Positions 12,211 to 23,617 of a DNA stretch of 64,000 nucleotides are shown piece by piece. Both the position numbers and the translations under genes were made by a program. How positions within the stretch are numbered: position 1 is the stretch's first letter; the number at the start of each line of letters is the position of its first letter. The notes under the pieces were generated by a model. The model saw nothing but the letters and a program-made list of their open reading frames with translations. It was not told the DNA's origin and ran no database searches. The stretch spans positions 1 to 64,000 of the forward strand of contig NW_021833232.1 of NCBI RefSeq assembly GCF_006345805.1, written 5' to 3'. Origin of the DNA: Octopus sinensis (taxonomy: Eukaryota).

Positions 12211-13005
12211 TGTATGTATGTATGTATGTATGTATGCAAGTATGTATGTATGCATACATGCAAGTATGTATGTATGTATGCATGCATGTATGTATGTATT
12301 TATGTATGTATGTATGTATGCATGCATGCATGCATGCATGCATGCATGTATGTATGTATGTATTTATGTATGTATGTATGTATGTATGCATGCATGCATG
12401 CATGTATGTATGTATGTAAGTATGTATGTATGTATGTATGTATGTGTGTATGTATGTATGTATGTATGTATGTATGCATGCAAGTATGTATGTATGTATG
12501 CATACATGCAAGTATGTATGTATGTATGTATGTACGTAAGTATGTATGTAAGTATGCATGCATGTAAGTATGTATGTATGTATGTATGTATGTATGCATG
12601 TATGTATGTATGTATGTAAGTATGTATGTATGTATGCATGCATGCAAGTATGTATGTATGTATGTATGTATGTACGTATATTTGTTTGTATGTATATGTA
12701 TGTATGTATGTGTGTGTGCATCTTTGACTTTGACAACTGGTGTTGGTTTATTTACATCCCCATAGCTAAGCAGTTGGCACAAAAAAACTTATAGACTAAG
12801 TGCATAAGTAGCAGGCATGACAAAGTAAGTTCTGGAGGCAATTTGTTTGACAAAACCATTCATGATGGTGCCACGATGCGACTGCCATCCACTAACTAAA
12901 ACAAACAAAAGATTAAAGATTGGATACAAAAAAAATGCAGATTTTTAAATTAAGAAAAAAAAGTTGGGATTTTTAAGCATTTTGTTGTTTTTCTTTTTCT
13001 TTTAG

Positions 13006-13194
13006 GTTAAAGTCGTACAGACAACAGGGAAATCCCCGAAATACTACACTTTGACCTTTGTCCTATGTGGAATCATTGCCACAGCCATCCTCGCTGTGGT
13101 GGCCTTCTACATGTTCCGGCAACATCACCAGTCGAGGCAGAAACTTGCCCAACTCAGCAATCCTGACACCGCTGAAGCTTCTAAAGACTATCAG
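13006..13194 (+). CDS. PTPRN: IA-2/PTPRN-like transmembrane exon: VKVVQTTGKSPKYYTLTFVLCGIIATAILAVVAFYMFRQHHQSRQKLAQLSNPDTAEASKDYQ
   Basis: Pyrimidine tract plus tttag|GTT acceptor and CAG|gtaagt donor; 189 nt, phase 0-0. A hydrophobic helix is followed by a basic stop-transfer segment and SKDYQ, as in the IA-2 family juxtamembrane (DYQ[D/E]LCR) motif. Confidence 0.9.
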
Positions 13195-13382
13195 GTAAGT
13201 TGACATCTTGATTTATACATCTAAGTACAGGTGTAGCTCTCTGGTAAGAAGCTTGCTTCCCAACCACATGGTTCCAGGTTCAGTCCCACTGCATGGCACC
13301 TTGGCCAAGTGTCTTCTACAATAGCCCCGGGTTGACCAAATCTTTGTGAGTGGATTTGGTAGATGGAAACTGAAAGAAGTTC

Positions 13383-13474
<92 letters not shown>

Positions 13475-13481
13475 AATCTGT

Positions 13482-13865
13482 GGAGGCGCAATGGCCCAGT
13501 GGTTAGGCAGCGGACTCGCGGTCATAGGATTGCGGCTTCGATTCCCAGACCGGGCGTTGTTGAGTGTTTATTGAGCGAAAACACCTAAAGCTCCACGAGG
13601 CTCCGGCAGGGGATGGTGGTGATCCCTGCTGTACTCTTTCACCACAACTTTCTCTCACTCTTACTTCCTGTTTCTGTTGTACCTGTATTTCAAAGAGCCG
13701 GCCTTGTCACTCTCTGTGTCACGCTGTATATCCCCGAGAACTACGTTAAGGGTACACGTGTCTGTGGAGTGCTCAGCCACTTACACGTTAATTTCATGAG
13801 CAGGCTGTTCCGTTGATTCGGATCAACCGGAACCCTCGTCGTCATAACCGACGGAGTGCTTCCAA
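13482..13865 (+). mobile_element. tRNA-Arg-like SINE, tail type 2
   Basis: Same head and body as 9349. The flanking duplication (TA)nAATCT is at 13457-13479 and 13866-13888. A reverse remnant of this tail is at ~63050-63220. Confidence 0.85.
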
Positions 13866-14032
13866 TATATATATATATATATAAATCTATATAAAATTAA
13901 TTAAGGGTAGAAATTGATATTTATCAATTAAAACCAGTGGTCTAGCATATTAAAAAATAATCCGAAGATTAAAATATTTATATATACCAATTAAGGACTG
14001 AACACGAAAAGTAGACAGTCAACATGCTGGAT

Positions 14033-14342
14033 ATAGACGTCAAATCGCCATTCTCCACAAAAGATTATGTTCTCAAATCAAACTCAGCACCAAACCAAAG
14101 CAATAAACAAGTGAAAATATACGAAATAAAATAATTACCCATGTACTGATCAGTTTCGGTTATTATTATCCACAAGGATAACTGTAACATTCATCAGCAT
14201 GGTCCGTTATGAATGCAATTTGCTGGATTAGATGCAAAAAATTATTTTATTTCGTATATTTTCACTTGTTTATTGCTTTGGTTTTGTGCTGAGTTTGATT
14301 TGAGAACATAATCTTTTGTGGAGAATGGCGACTTGACGTCTA
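14033..14342. mobile_element. Foldback with ~103-bp inverted arms around a hammerhead; internally deleted sister copy at ~14370-14518
   Basis: tagacgtcaaatcgccattctccacaaaagattatg...aaataatt is inverted at 14241-14342. The leader ggactga.cac.aaaagt.ga..gtcaacatgct.gatatagacgtc is repeated at 14372. Confidence 0.75.
14139..14202 (-). ncRNA. Type I hammerhead ribozyme, near-canonical, in the loop of a foldback
   Basis: The minus strand reads CCATG-CTGATGA-ATGTTACAGTTATCCTTGTGGATAATAATAACC-GAAA-CTGATCAG-T-A-CATGG. Stem III is the palindrome ACTGATCAGT with GUA cleavage between 14144 and 14143. The base of stem II is imperfect. Confidence 0.75.
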
Positions 14343-15003
14343 AATCTATATACATATATACAAAATTTAAAGGACTGACCACTAAAAGTGGATGGTCAAC
14401 ATGCTAGATATAGACGTCAAATCGCTATTTTCCACAAAGAATATGTTCTCAAATAAAAAACACAGCACAAGCCAAAAGGCCTGGTTTGGTTTGTGCTGAG
14501 TTTTTTATTTGAGAAATGAGTTGCAATGTGCCACGCTGTATTGGCCCCTTTTGCCTTATCCCTTGGATAACACTGGTGGTGTGGAGAGAGGAGACCGGTA
14601 TGCATGGGCGACTGCTGGTCTTCTATAAAACAACCTTGCCCGGACTTGTGCCTGGGAGGGTAACTTTCTAGGTGCAATACCATGATCAGTCATGACCAAA
14701 GGGGGTCTCAATAAACTATCATTGTTTAACGTTTGCCTTCCATGCTGGCATGGGTCGGAAGAGTTTGACATGGAGTTGGCTAGCAGATACTTTTTTTATG
14801 TGCCACCAGCATGGGTGAATTTATGCAGCACTGGCACGGATGTGTTAAGACAGCACTGGCACAGGTGGCTTTTAAGTGTCACTGGCACCGGGAAGGACCA
14901 GCCAGTATGTGTGGCAGACTGTGATTTTGCTTAGCTTCACATGTCTTATCAAGTGCAGCAAATCACCACATCTCCTTGTACACACACATATGTGTGTACC
15001 TAT

Positions 15004-15004
15004 G

Positions 15005-15041
<37 letters not shown>

Positions 15042-15530
15042 GTTTAACGTCCGTTTTTCCATGCTAGCATGGGTTGGACGGTTCAACTGGGGTCTGGGAA
15101 GCCAGTAGGCTGCACCATGCTCCAGTCTGATCTGGCAGTATTTCTACAGCTGGATGCCCTTCCTAACACCAACCACTACATGAATGTAGTGGGTACTTTT
15201 TACATGCCACCGGCACAGGTGCCAGGGGAGTCTGGCAGCGGCCAAGATCGGTTGGTGCTTTTAACATGCCACCGGCCACGTTCGGATGGTGCTTTTTACG
15301 TGCCACCGGCACAGAAGCCAGTTAAGGTGGCGCTGGCATCAGCCATGTTCAGATGATGCTTTTTACGTGCCACCGGTACAGAAGCTAGTCAAGGCGGCGC
15401 TGGCATCGGCTACGTTTGGATGGTGCTTTTTACGTGCCACCGGCACAGAAGCCAGTCAAGGTGGCGCTGGCATCAGCCATGTTCGGATGATGCATTTTAC
15501 GTGCCACCAGCACAGAAGCCAGTCAGGCAT
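15004..15530 (-). mobile_element. Family B element with about five internal repeat units
   Basis: Same tail and units as 2554-2944. Other copies are at 14723-14935 and 16919-17140. Confidence 0.8.
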
Positions 15531-15560
15531 GCATATATATATTATTTATTTTATTATTAT

Positions 15561-15850
15561 GTGCCCTATTCAAGCCTAGCCAGGCTCAAGGGCCCGGTTT
15601 CCTGGTTTCTATGGTATATGTGTTCCCCCCAGCTGGATGGGACACCAGTCCATCGCAGCGTTACTCAAGAAACAGGAAGACAGAGTGAGAGAAAGTTGGG
15701 GGCGAAAGAATTCAACAGGGGTCGCCACCACCCCTTGCTGGAGCCTCGAGGAGCTTTAGGTGTTTTCGCTCAATAAACACACACAACGCCCAGTCTGGGA
15801 ATCAAAACCGTTATCCTCCGACCACGAGTCCACTGGGTCATTGTGCCTCC
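15561..15850 (-). mobile_element. tRNA-Arg-like SINE, tail type 3
   Basis: Same head and body. The tail contains ctgcgatggactggtgtcccatccag, which resembles the V-SINE domain as I recall it. Confidence 0.75.
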
Positions 15851-16070
15851 ATATATATATATATATAATATTTTTTTAAATTATGGGTATAATTATAATT
15901 AGGGTTCTGCAAAAAAAAATTTGCTTCACCACATACCGAACTTTAGAAATAGCAGCCAAAGAACTTAGCTATTTCTTCTACTGTAAGAAGAAACTCCCGG
16001 ACAACAAATACTCAAAACAATTCACGTAGACAGAGAGGAAAACAATGAAATTCTCTTGGTATTTGATTAC

Positions 16071-16152
16071 CTGTGGACGCGTTTCGGAATTAGATCGATA
16101 TGAAAAATGCAAAAATCACATTTCCATCCGACCATTTTCCTCTTCAGCACAG
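16071..16152 (-). ncRNA. Type I hammerhead ribozyme, canonical core
   Basis: The minus strand reads CTGTG-CTGAAGA-GGAA...TTCC-GAAA-CGCG-T-C-CACAG. Stem I is 5 bp, stem II is GGAA/TTCC, stem III is the palindrome ACGCGT, with GUC cleavage between 16076 and 16075. Confidence 0.85.
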
Positions 16153-16346
16153 CATTTCAAGATTTTAAATTTGGGAGCCCTCAAAAAATTGAACATACCT
16201 ATCCGATTCAAGTAGTATCAGACAAACTATATCCAATGACCAGCACCAACGAATTCAAAACATACGAATGAGGTCTCGTACTCCCCTTCACCCATCCACG
16301 TGTGTCGTCGAGTAAAAAAAATTCTACAGATAAATCTGTAGTTTAT

Positions 16347-16517
16347 AGGCACAGAGTGGCTGTGTGGTAAGTAGCTTGCTAACCAACCACATGGTTCCGG
16401 GTTCAGTCTCACTGCATGGCATCTTGGGCAAATGTCTTCTGCTATAGCCCCGGGCCGACCAATGGCTTGTGAGTGGATTTGGTAGACGGAAACTGAAAGA
16501 AGCCTGTCGTATATATG

Positions 16518-16548
<31 letters not shown>

Positions 16549-16750
16549 TTGTGTGTCTGTGTTTGTCCCCCTAGCATTGCTTGACAGCCGATGCTGGTGT
16601 GTTTACGTCCCTGTCACTTAGCAGTTCGGCAAAAGAGACCGATAGAATAAATACTGGGCTTACAAAGAATAAATCCCGGGGTCGATTTGCTTGACTAAAG
16701 GCGGTGCTCCAGCATGGCCACAGTCAAATGACTGAAACAAGTAAAAGAGT
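16347..16750 (+). mobile_element. SINE family A, full-length, flanked by a ~152-bp direct repeat
   Basis: 16195-16346 is repeated at 16751-16901 and abuts both SINE ends. Confidence 0.9.
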
Positions 16751-17589
16751 ATACCTATCCAATTCAAGTAGTATAGACAAACTATATCCAATGACCAGCA
16801 CCAACGAATTCAAAACATACGAATGAGGTCTCGTACTCCCCTTCACCCATCCATGTGTGTCATCGAGTAAAAAAAATTCTACAGAAAAAACTGTAGTTTA
16901 TTATCAGGGGGAGAATTCATCATCATCATCGTCGTCATTTAACGTCTGCTTTCCATGCTAGCATGGGTTGGACGGTTCAACTGGGGTCTAGGAAGCCAGA
17001 AGGCTACACCAGGCTCCAGTCTGATCTGGCAGTGTTTCTACAGCTGGATGCCCTTCCTAACGCCAACCACTCCTTGAGTGTAGTGAGTGCTTTTTATGTG
17101 CTAAACGAGGCTGGCAACGGCCACAATTGGATGGTGCTTTTATCAATAATAATAAAGGGGAAAATTAATTAATTAATTAATAATTAATAATTCCACCAAG
17201 TAGTATTCAGCATGTTAAAAGGACCATTTTCAGTAAACTTAAACAATATTTTTTATAATTAGGAGTATAATTATAATTAGGGTTCAGCAAAAACAATTTG
17301 CTTCACCACATACTGAACTTTAGAAATAGCAGCCAAAGAACCTATACGCCAAGGAAACCGGCCCTTATGAGCCAGGCATAGCTCGAGTAGGAACAAACAA
17401 TTATGTAGTTAGGACTATAAAACGTTATCTCAGTGGCTGTTATTATTTTAATCTCATTTTGCTCATGATGGGAGACAACTCTAGACATATTTCAGTCTGA
17501 TGCAATTTCGTCAATGAAGTTTGGCTTTCTCTGGAATTATTAGATTAGATTAGTAATAAGATAATCTCTAGATTAAGGCAAAATGATAA

Positions 17590-17940
17590 TGTTCGTCTTT
17601 CGGTTCGAAGATGACCAACTGACATCATCTGATGGAACTGGCGCCATGAGACCGGAGGTGGCTGGTGAGGCCAATCCGGGCAAGGAAGCCCCTCCCACAG
17701 GTGGGGCAGAAGTGGGTAGGGGCCGTGCTACTGGTGCAGGCGGCTCTGTCTTTACGCATCTGACGTTTCTGCTCCGCTGACCGAATCCGTCCCTCCTCGG
17801 CTGTCCCTGCTCCCACGGTGATTGCGCTGCGCCAGGATGAGCGGTTGGCAGCAAGTGTCTCCCAGGTCTCTGTTCCGATGGAGAAGTCTTTGAGAGAGAC
17901 CTTGAGACTATCCTTGTAGCGCTTCTTCTGCCCTCCGACT
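17590..17940 (-). mobile_element. RTE/BovB-like LINE 3' fragment with C2H2 zinc finger
   Basis: Translates GQKKRYKDSLKVSLKDF...WETLAANRSSWR...CPTCGRGFLARIGLTSHLRSH. The 3' UTR ends ggtcatcttcgaaccgaaagacgaaca. Confidence 0.85.
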
Positions 17941-18527
17941 TGCAAAATAATAGACTTGTGTATGTATAAATAAAAGATACATACATATGTATTGATGTAT
18001 ATGTATAGACATGTGTGTATATATACATGTATATATACAAATCACATGGACCAGTTTCATTGGTCAGCCTGAAGTTATAGAGGAAAACATTTGCCCAGGG
18101 TGCCATGCAGTGGGACTGAACCCAGGACCATGAGGTTGGGAAGTAAGCTTTTTACCACGCAGCCATACCTGTATATAATATATATGTATCTATGTATATT
18201 TTTGTATCTTTCTCTCTTTCTCTTTCAATCAAACACACATGCACACATACACTCACACACACCATCACATGCATAGACACATTCACTCACACACAGACTC
18301 ATACACATACACACACACAAATACACACATTTTAATTGCACACATTGCCAATCCATGCCAGCATGGGAAATAGACATTAGATGATGATGATGATTATCTC
18401 ACACACACACACACACACACACACTCCCTAACTTACCATATATATATATGTATGTATGTATGTATGTATGCATGTATGTATGTATGTATTTATGTATGTA
18501 TGTATGTATTTATGTATGTATGCATGT

Positions 18528-18592
<65 letters not shown>

Positions 18593-18685
18593 CAGAGAGA
18601 TAGATAGATAGATAGATAAATAGACAGACAGATAGACAGACAGACAGACTAATAGACATATAGCTAGATAGTTAGAGAGATTGAC

Positions 18686-18751
<66 letters not shown>

Positions 18752-18864
18752 TAGATAGATAGATAGACAGAGAGATAGATAGATAGATAGATAAATAGAC
18801 AGACAGATAGACAGACAGACAGACAGACTAATAGACATATAGCTAGATAGTTAGAGAGATTGAC

Positions 18865-18959
<95 letters not shown>

Positions 18960-18988
18960 TAGATAGATAGATAGACAGACAGATAGAT

Positions 18989-19023
<35 letters not shown>

Positions 19024-19148
19024 TAGATAGACAAACAGACAGACAGACAGACAGATAGATAGATAAACAGACAGACAGACAGACAGACAGATAGATAGAT
19101 AGATAAACAGACAGACAGACAGATAGACAGACAGACAGATAGACAGAC

Positions 19149-19191
<43 letters not shown>

Positions 19192-19458
19192 TAGATAGAT
19201 AGATAGGTAGATAGATAGACAGATAGATGTATTTCTCTCTCAACACCACCATCACCATCACTACCAACATTACCACCATAACCAAACACTTTAAATACAC
19301 ATGCACACACACACACACATTTACCCTCTCCCACACTACCTGACTCCTCAACTCACTCTACAATCTCTTTCTTCTTCTTCTCCTTTTCTCCCCCTCTCTC
19401 ACTCTCTCACTCTCTCTCCCTCCCCCACCACCACCACCATCGCCGTCGCCGTCACCAG

Positions 19459-19589
19459 GATCTCTGCAGACAGAAGATGCAGAGCAAATCTTCTGAGAAG
19501 CCGGAACCTCTCCACGCTGCCACTCGTATTGCCAGTGTTTCTGAGGCGCAGGTGCGTAGTCCTTCCAGTAGAAGCAGTACATCTTCATG
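19459..19589 (+). CDS. PTPRN: IA-2/PTPRN-like cytoplasmic exon: DLCRQKMQSKSSEKPEPLHAATRIASVSEAQVRSPSSRSSTSS(W)
   Basis: Acceptor caccag|GAT and donor TG|gtaagt; 131 nt, phase 0-2. Continues DYQ|DLCRQ and ends in SPSSRSSTSSW, matching the conserved IA-2/phogrin segment that precedes EEP..NMDISTGH. Confidence 0.9.
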
Positions 19590-20149
19590 GTAAGTGCCTC
19601 TTTTGCTCCTCTCTCTCATTGTGCCTCTTTAGCTCCCCTCCTTTCTCATTGTGCCACCTTTCCTATCTGGAATTTCTTTCCACTCTGTTTTTTTTTTGTT
19701 TTTGTTTTTTGCAGTTGTTTACTTCCTGCTTTTTGCCATTTTGGGGGTTTTTTTTCTGTGAGGGCTGTGGTGGGGGGGAAGTTGTGGTTTTGGGGTTTTT
19801 CTTTTGTATATTGTTGTTGTTTTTTGGTCTGTGTTTATTTTTGTTTCTTGCTTTTTTTTTCCTTCCTTTAAAAAAAAATTTTTGTTTTAATTTTTGACTT
19901 GATGGATCTTGTGGTGGTGGCGCTGGTTGCAGCGGTGTTTGTAATGGTAGTTGTGGTGTTCGTAGTGGTTGTAATGGTGGTGATGGTTATGATGGTAGTT
20001 GTGGTTGTAGTTGTGGTTGTTATGGAGGTAGTTGTAGTGGTGGTAGAGGTGGCAGTTGTTAAGGTGGTGCTGTAATTGTTACGGTGTTGTTGTGGCTGGA
20101 GGTTCTGTTGGTGGTTGCAGTGGTTGTGATGGTGGTGTTTGTGGTACTG

Positions 20150-20720
20150 GTAGTGGTGATAGTGCTTGTTGTGGTTTTGGTGGTGGTAGTGTTGGTAGTT
20201 GCAAGGGTGGTTGTTGTGATAGGTTTTCTTAGTGGTGAAACTGATAGTTGTGGTTGTGGTTATGGTGGATATGTGGTGGTGGTGGTGGTGGTGGTGGTAG
20301 TGGTCGACATGGTGATGTTATGGCTCTGGTTGTAGTGGTAATAGTGCTGTTGTGGTTTTGGTGGTGGTAGTGTTGGTAGTTGCAAGGGTGGTTGTTGTGA
20401 TAGGTTTTCTTAGTGGTGAAACTGATAGTTGTGGTTGTGGTTATGGTGGATATTGTGGTGGTGGTGGTGGTAGTGGTCGACATGGTGATTGTTATGGCTC
20501 TGGTTGTAGTGGTAATAGTGCTTGTTGTGGTTTTGGTGGTGGTAGTGTTGGTAGTTGCAAGGGTGGTTGTTGTGATAGGTTTTCTTAGTGGTGAAACTGA
20601 TAGTTGTGGTTGTGGTTATGGTGGATATTGTGGTGGTGGTGGTGGAGTGGTCGACATGGTGATTGTTATGGCTCTAGTTGTAGTGGTGATAGTGCTTGTT
20701 GTGGTTTTGGTGGTGGTAGT
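20150..20720 (+). repeat. ~180-bp GT-rich tandem repeat, about three copies
   Basis: gggtggttgttgtgataggttttcttagtggtgaaactgatag occurs at ~20205, 20386 and 20561. Confidence 0.85.
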
Positions 20721-21163
20721 GTTGGTGCTGTTGATGACAATAAAATGTCATTGAAGTTGGTGATTATGACACTTATGATGATGATAATTATGTTGATGTT
20801 GATGATGATGATGATGGTAGTGGTGGTGGTGGTGGTAGTGGTAGTGGTGGTCACCGAAGATGATGAGGAGGTGGAGGAGAATGACAATGGCAAATGTGAT
20901 GATGATGATGATGATGATAACAATAAACAATGATAGCAATAATGATGATCTTGAAAGGAAAATGTACAATTTGACCTTGGTAGAATTTGAACCCAGAAGT
21001 TCAAGGACCTAAAGTAATACTACAGGGTATTTTGTCTGATGGATAAATGAGAAGCAAAGTTGACCTTGGCAGAGTCTGAACTCAGAATGTAAAATTGGAC
21101 AAAATGCCACTAAGTATTTTCTCCGGCATGCTAATGGTTCTGCCAACTTGCTGCATTACTTTA

Positions 21164-21234
<71 letters not shown>

Positions 21235-21395
21235 TGATGATGATGATAAAAATAATACTTATAATAATAATAATTGGCCTGATGCAGTACCAGGCAGTGG
21301 CTCTCGTGGCTGCTGATCTTAACTGATTGGAAGTGTCATCGTGTACATTGTTTTGTCTTAGTATAAAAGATGGGCTATAGCAAATATTCTGCACT

Positions 21396-21607
21396 CAACT
21401 ATCAACATAGCTCAAAAAGATCGGTGCAAGTGTGAAGGTAGAACACCTACAAATATCAGCATTGCTTGGAACTGCAAGAATACTTTGCAGGGTTATTGAA
21501 GCATGACCAGTAAACAAGTGTCACCTTAGTCTGCTAGCTGTGGACAGGTGACACTTTCCATCATACCCAGCAAAACAAGGTGTGAGTTTTTATAAAATAA
21601 TAATAAT
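21396..21607 (+). mobile_element. R4/Dong-like LINE 3' end (REL endonuclease C-terminus, 3' UTR, (TAA)n)
   Basis: 21438-21506 translates VEHLQISALLGTARILCRVIEA*. The 3' UTR is shared with 22527-22615. Confidence 0.7.
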
Positions 21608-21623
21608 ATCCTGAGGGAAATGA

Positions 21624-21960
21624 TTGCAAAATCCTGTGGGATGCAATGATTTAATTGCAAAATTTTGTGGGATGCAATAATTTGATAGGGAAATCTTGTG
21701 GGATACAAAGATTTGATTATAAAATCTGTGGATGCAATGATCCAATTGCAAAATCCTGTGGGATGCAATGATTTGATTGCAAAATTTTGTGAGATGCAAC
21801 AATTTGATTGGAAAATCTTGTGGGATACAAAGATTTGATTACAAAATCCGTGGATGCAATGATCCAATTACAAAATCCTGTGGGATGCAATGATTTGATT
21901 ACAAAATCTTGTGGGATGCAATGATTCGATTGGAAAATCCTGTGGGATGCAATGATTTAG
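21624..21960 (+). repeat. 31-bp minisatellite, 11 units, with a 4-unit higher-order repeat
   Basis: Consensus TTGCAAAATCCTGTGGGATGCAATGATTTGA. Units 1-4 are repeated as units 5-8, including the 29-bp variant. Confidence 0.9.
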
Positions 21961-22088
21961 TACAACCATCAGATAAGACATCTGACATTATTGTAGTGAA
22001 CAAAAAAGAAAAATCTTGCAGGATAATTGACATAGCCATGCTCCGGTGATAACAGGATCAAAGAGGAGGAAGAAAAATGAATAACTGC

Positions 22089-22335
22089 AATAATAATATA
22101 ATAATAATAATAATAATAATTGGGTACAGTGCTCAGGTGCACTACAACTCATCTAAAGTGTATATATAATCAGGTGTAGTTTCGGCGGATTTCGGAAAGC
22201 ATGAGGGCCTTAAAGGATGCAGTGTCATGGCAGTCAACAACTGACGCAGGCAGTTTATTCCACGCTTCAGCAACCCTGAGCGTGAAAAAATGTTTCCGAA
22301 AGTCATGGGAGCTGTGTTGTTTTCTGACTTTGAAT
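22089..22335 (-). mobile_element. CR1/L2-group LINE 3' fragment with (ATT)n tail
   Basis: The minus strand translates DFRKHFFTLRVAEAWNKLPASVV...ASFKALM. Confidence 0.8.
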
Positions 22336-22661
22336 TGAAGTGGGCAATGAAGAGGACGGGCGTGATGCGAATAGTGATTGGTGTGCTGGGAAAGTATCAG
22401 CTCTCAACTACCAACATAGCTAAAAAAAAACAAAAAAAAACTGGTACAAATATAAAAATAGAACGCCTGCAAAAATCCTCATTGCTTGGAACTGCAAGAG
22501 TTCTCCACATGCTTCTTGAAGCATGATCACTAAGCAAATGTCACCTTAGTCTGCAGGCTCTGGACAGCTGACACTTTCCATCATACGCAACAAAATAAGC
22601 TGAGAGTTTTCATCAAATAATAATAATAATAATAAAAGTAATGTTAATAATAATAATGATG

Positions 22662-22722
<61 letters not shown>

Positions 22723-22724
<2 letters not shown>

Positions 22725-22935
22725 TCAGACAAATACATAACAAAAACACCAGGACTTACAAACATCTAACATACAGAAAATTGCACTACTAGGCACTGCA
22801 CACATCCTACGCAGAACACTTTCCATACAATAACCATCAGAGCATCACAACAAATCACAGCACATACCCAAGGCACACAGAGCTGTGCTCGGTAGTGAAG
22901 TGAAAGCACGCTATAAAAATAAAACTACTGAATAA
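22723..22935 (+). mobile_element. Second R4/Dong-like family 3' end, embedded in (TAA)n on both sides
   Basis: 22771-22833 translates IQKIALLGTAHILRRTLSIQ*. The 3' UTR differs from the first family. Confidence 0.7.
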
Positions 22936-22990
22936 CAATAATAATAATAATAATAATGATAATAATGATAATAATAATAATACTAATGAA

Positions 22991-23034
<44 letters not shown>

Positions 23035-23064
23035 TAATAATAATAATAATGAAAATAATAATAA

Positions 23065-23577
23065 AACTGATTGGAAGTGTTATCATGTACATTGTTTTGT
23101 TTTGGTATAAAAGATGGGCTACAGCAAATATTCTGCTCAATACCACAGATTTGCTTGTCAGTTGTTTGACCTTAACCAGTTGAGCATGTCCCTTAGTGGC
23201 TGATGATATGTACGTCTCTGATCACGAGCAGAAGTAGTGGGGGAGCATCATAGCCGTGTGTTGAAAGGAATTCTTAGGGGTTTGGATAATTCACCTCTGG
23301 AAACATGGGTGATTCGTTCAACATCCTTAAACAATCCTTATTCGGGGACCTTTTGAGTGGGACGGGCTACTCGACCAGAAGAAAATTCTAACTGGGCCCC
23401 ACCTGCAAAGTCATGTGCTGTTTATCTTGATATGAGATCACCATGTCGCGCACATATGGTTGTGATGCATGTGCTTAGTGTACCCTTATCAGACAGGTAG
23501 TCATGGTGGGTATATTGAGCTTCATATATTTGTACCCCAGTGTCACTTTGATGGCATGCACTGGTCTCTCACTCAGC

Positions 23578-23580
<3 letters not shown>
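23065..23580 (+). mobile_element. Unclassified interspersed repeat with (AAT)n tail; partial copies at 21272-21392 and ~1170-1245
   Basis: aactgattggaagtgt.atc.tgtacattgttttgt..t.gtataaaagatgggct is shared with 21320-21392. The 3' part resembles 1170-1245. Confidence 0.55.

Positions 23581-23617
<37 letters not shown>

Larger units (their letters stand above)
21610..22620 (+). mobile_element. R4/Dong-like LINE 3' fragment (REL domain), interrupted by a minisatellite and a CR1 insertion
   Basis: Motifs appear in order: PEGNDCKILWD, SDIIVVNKKEKSCRIIDIAM/GDNRIKEEEEK, VMRIVIGVLG, LQKSSLLGTARVL*, then a (TAA)n tail. Confidence 0.75.

Noticed and set aside
21624-21960. CRISPR-like regular repeats
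   Set aside because: The units are contiguous with no unique spacers, and the context is eukaryotic; this is a minisatellite.
23200-23230. Other CTGATGA or CTGATAA words (7021, 10134-10140 on -, 23201, 6615-6625 on -, ~57712)
   Set aside because: No correctly placed stem II, GAAA, stem III and NUH, so they were not called hammerheads.
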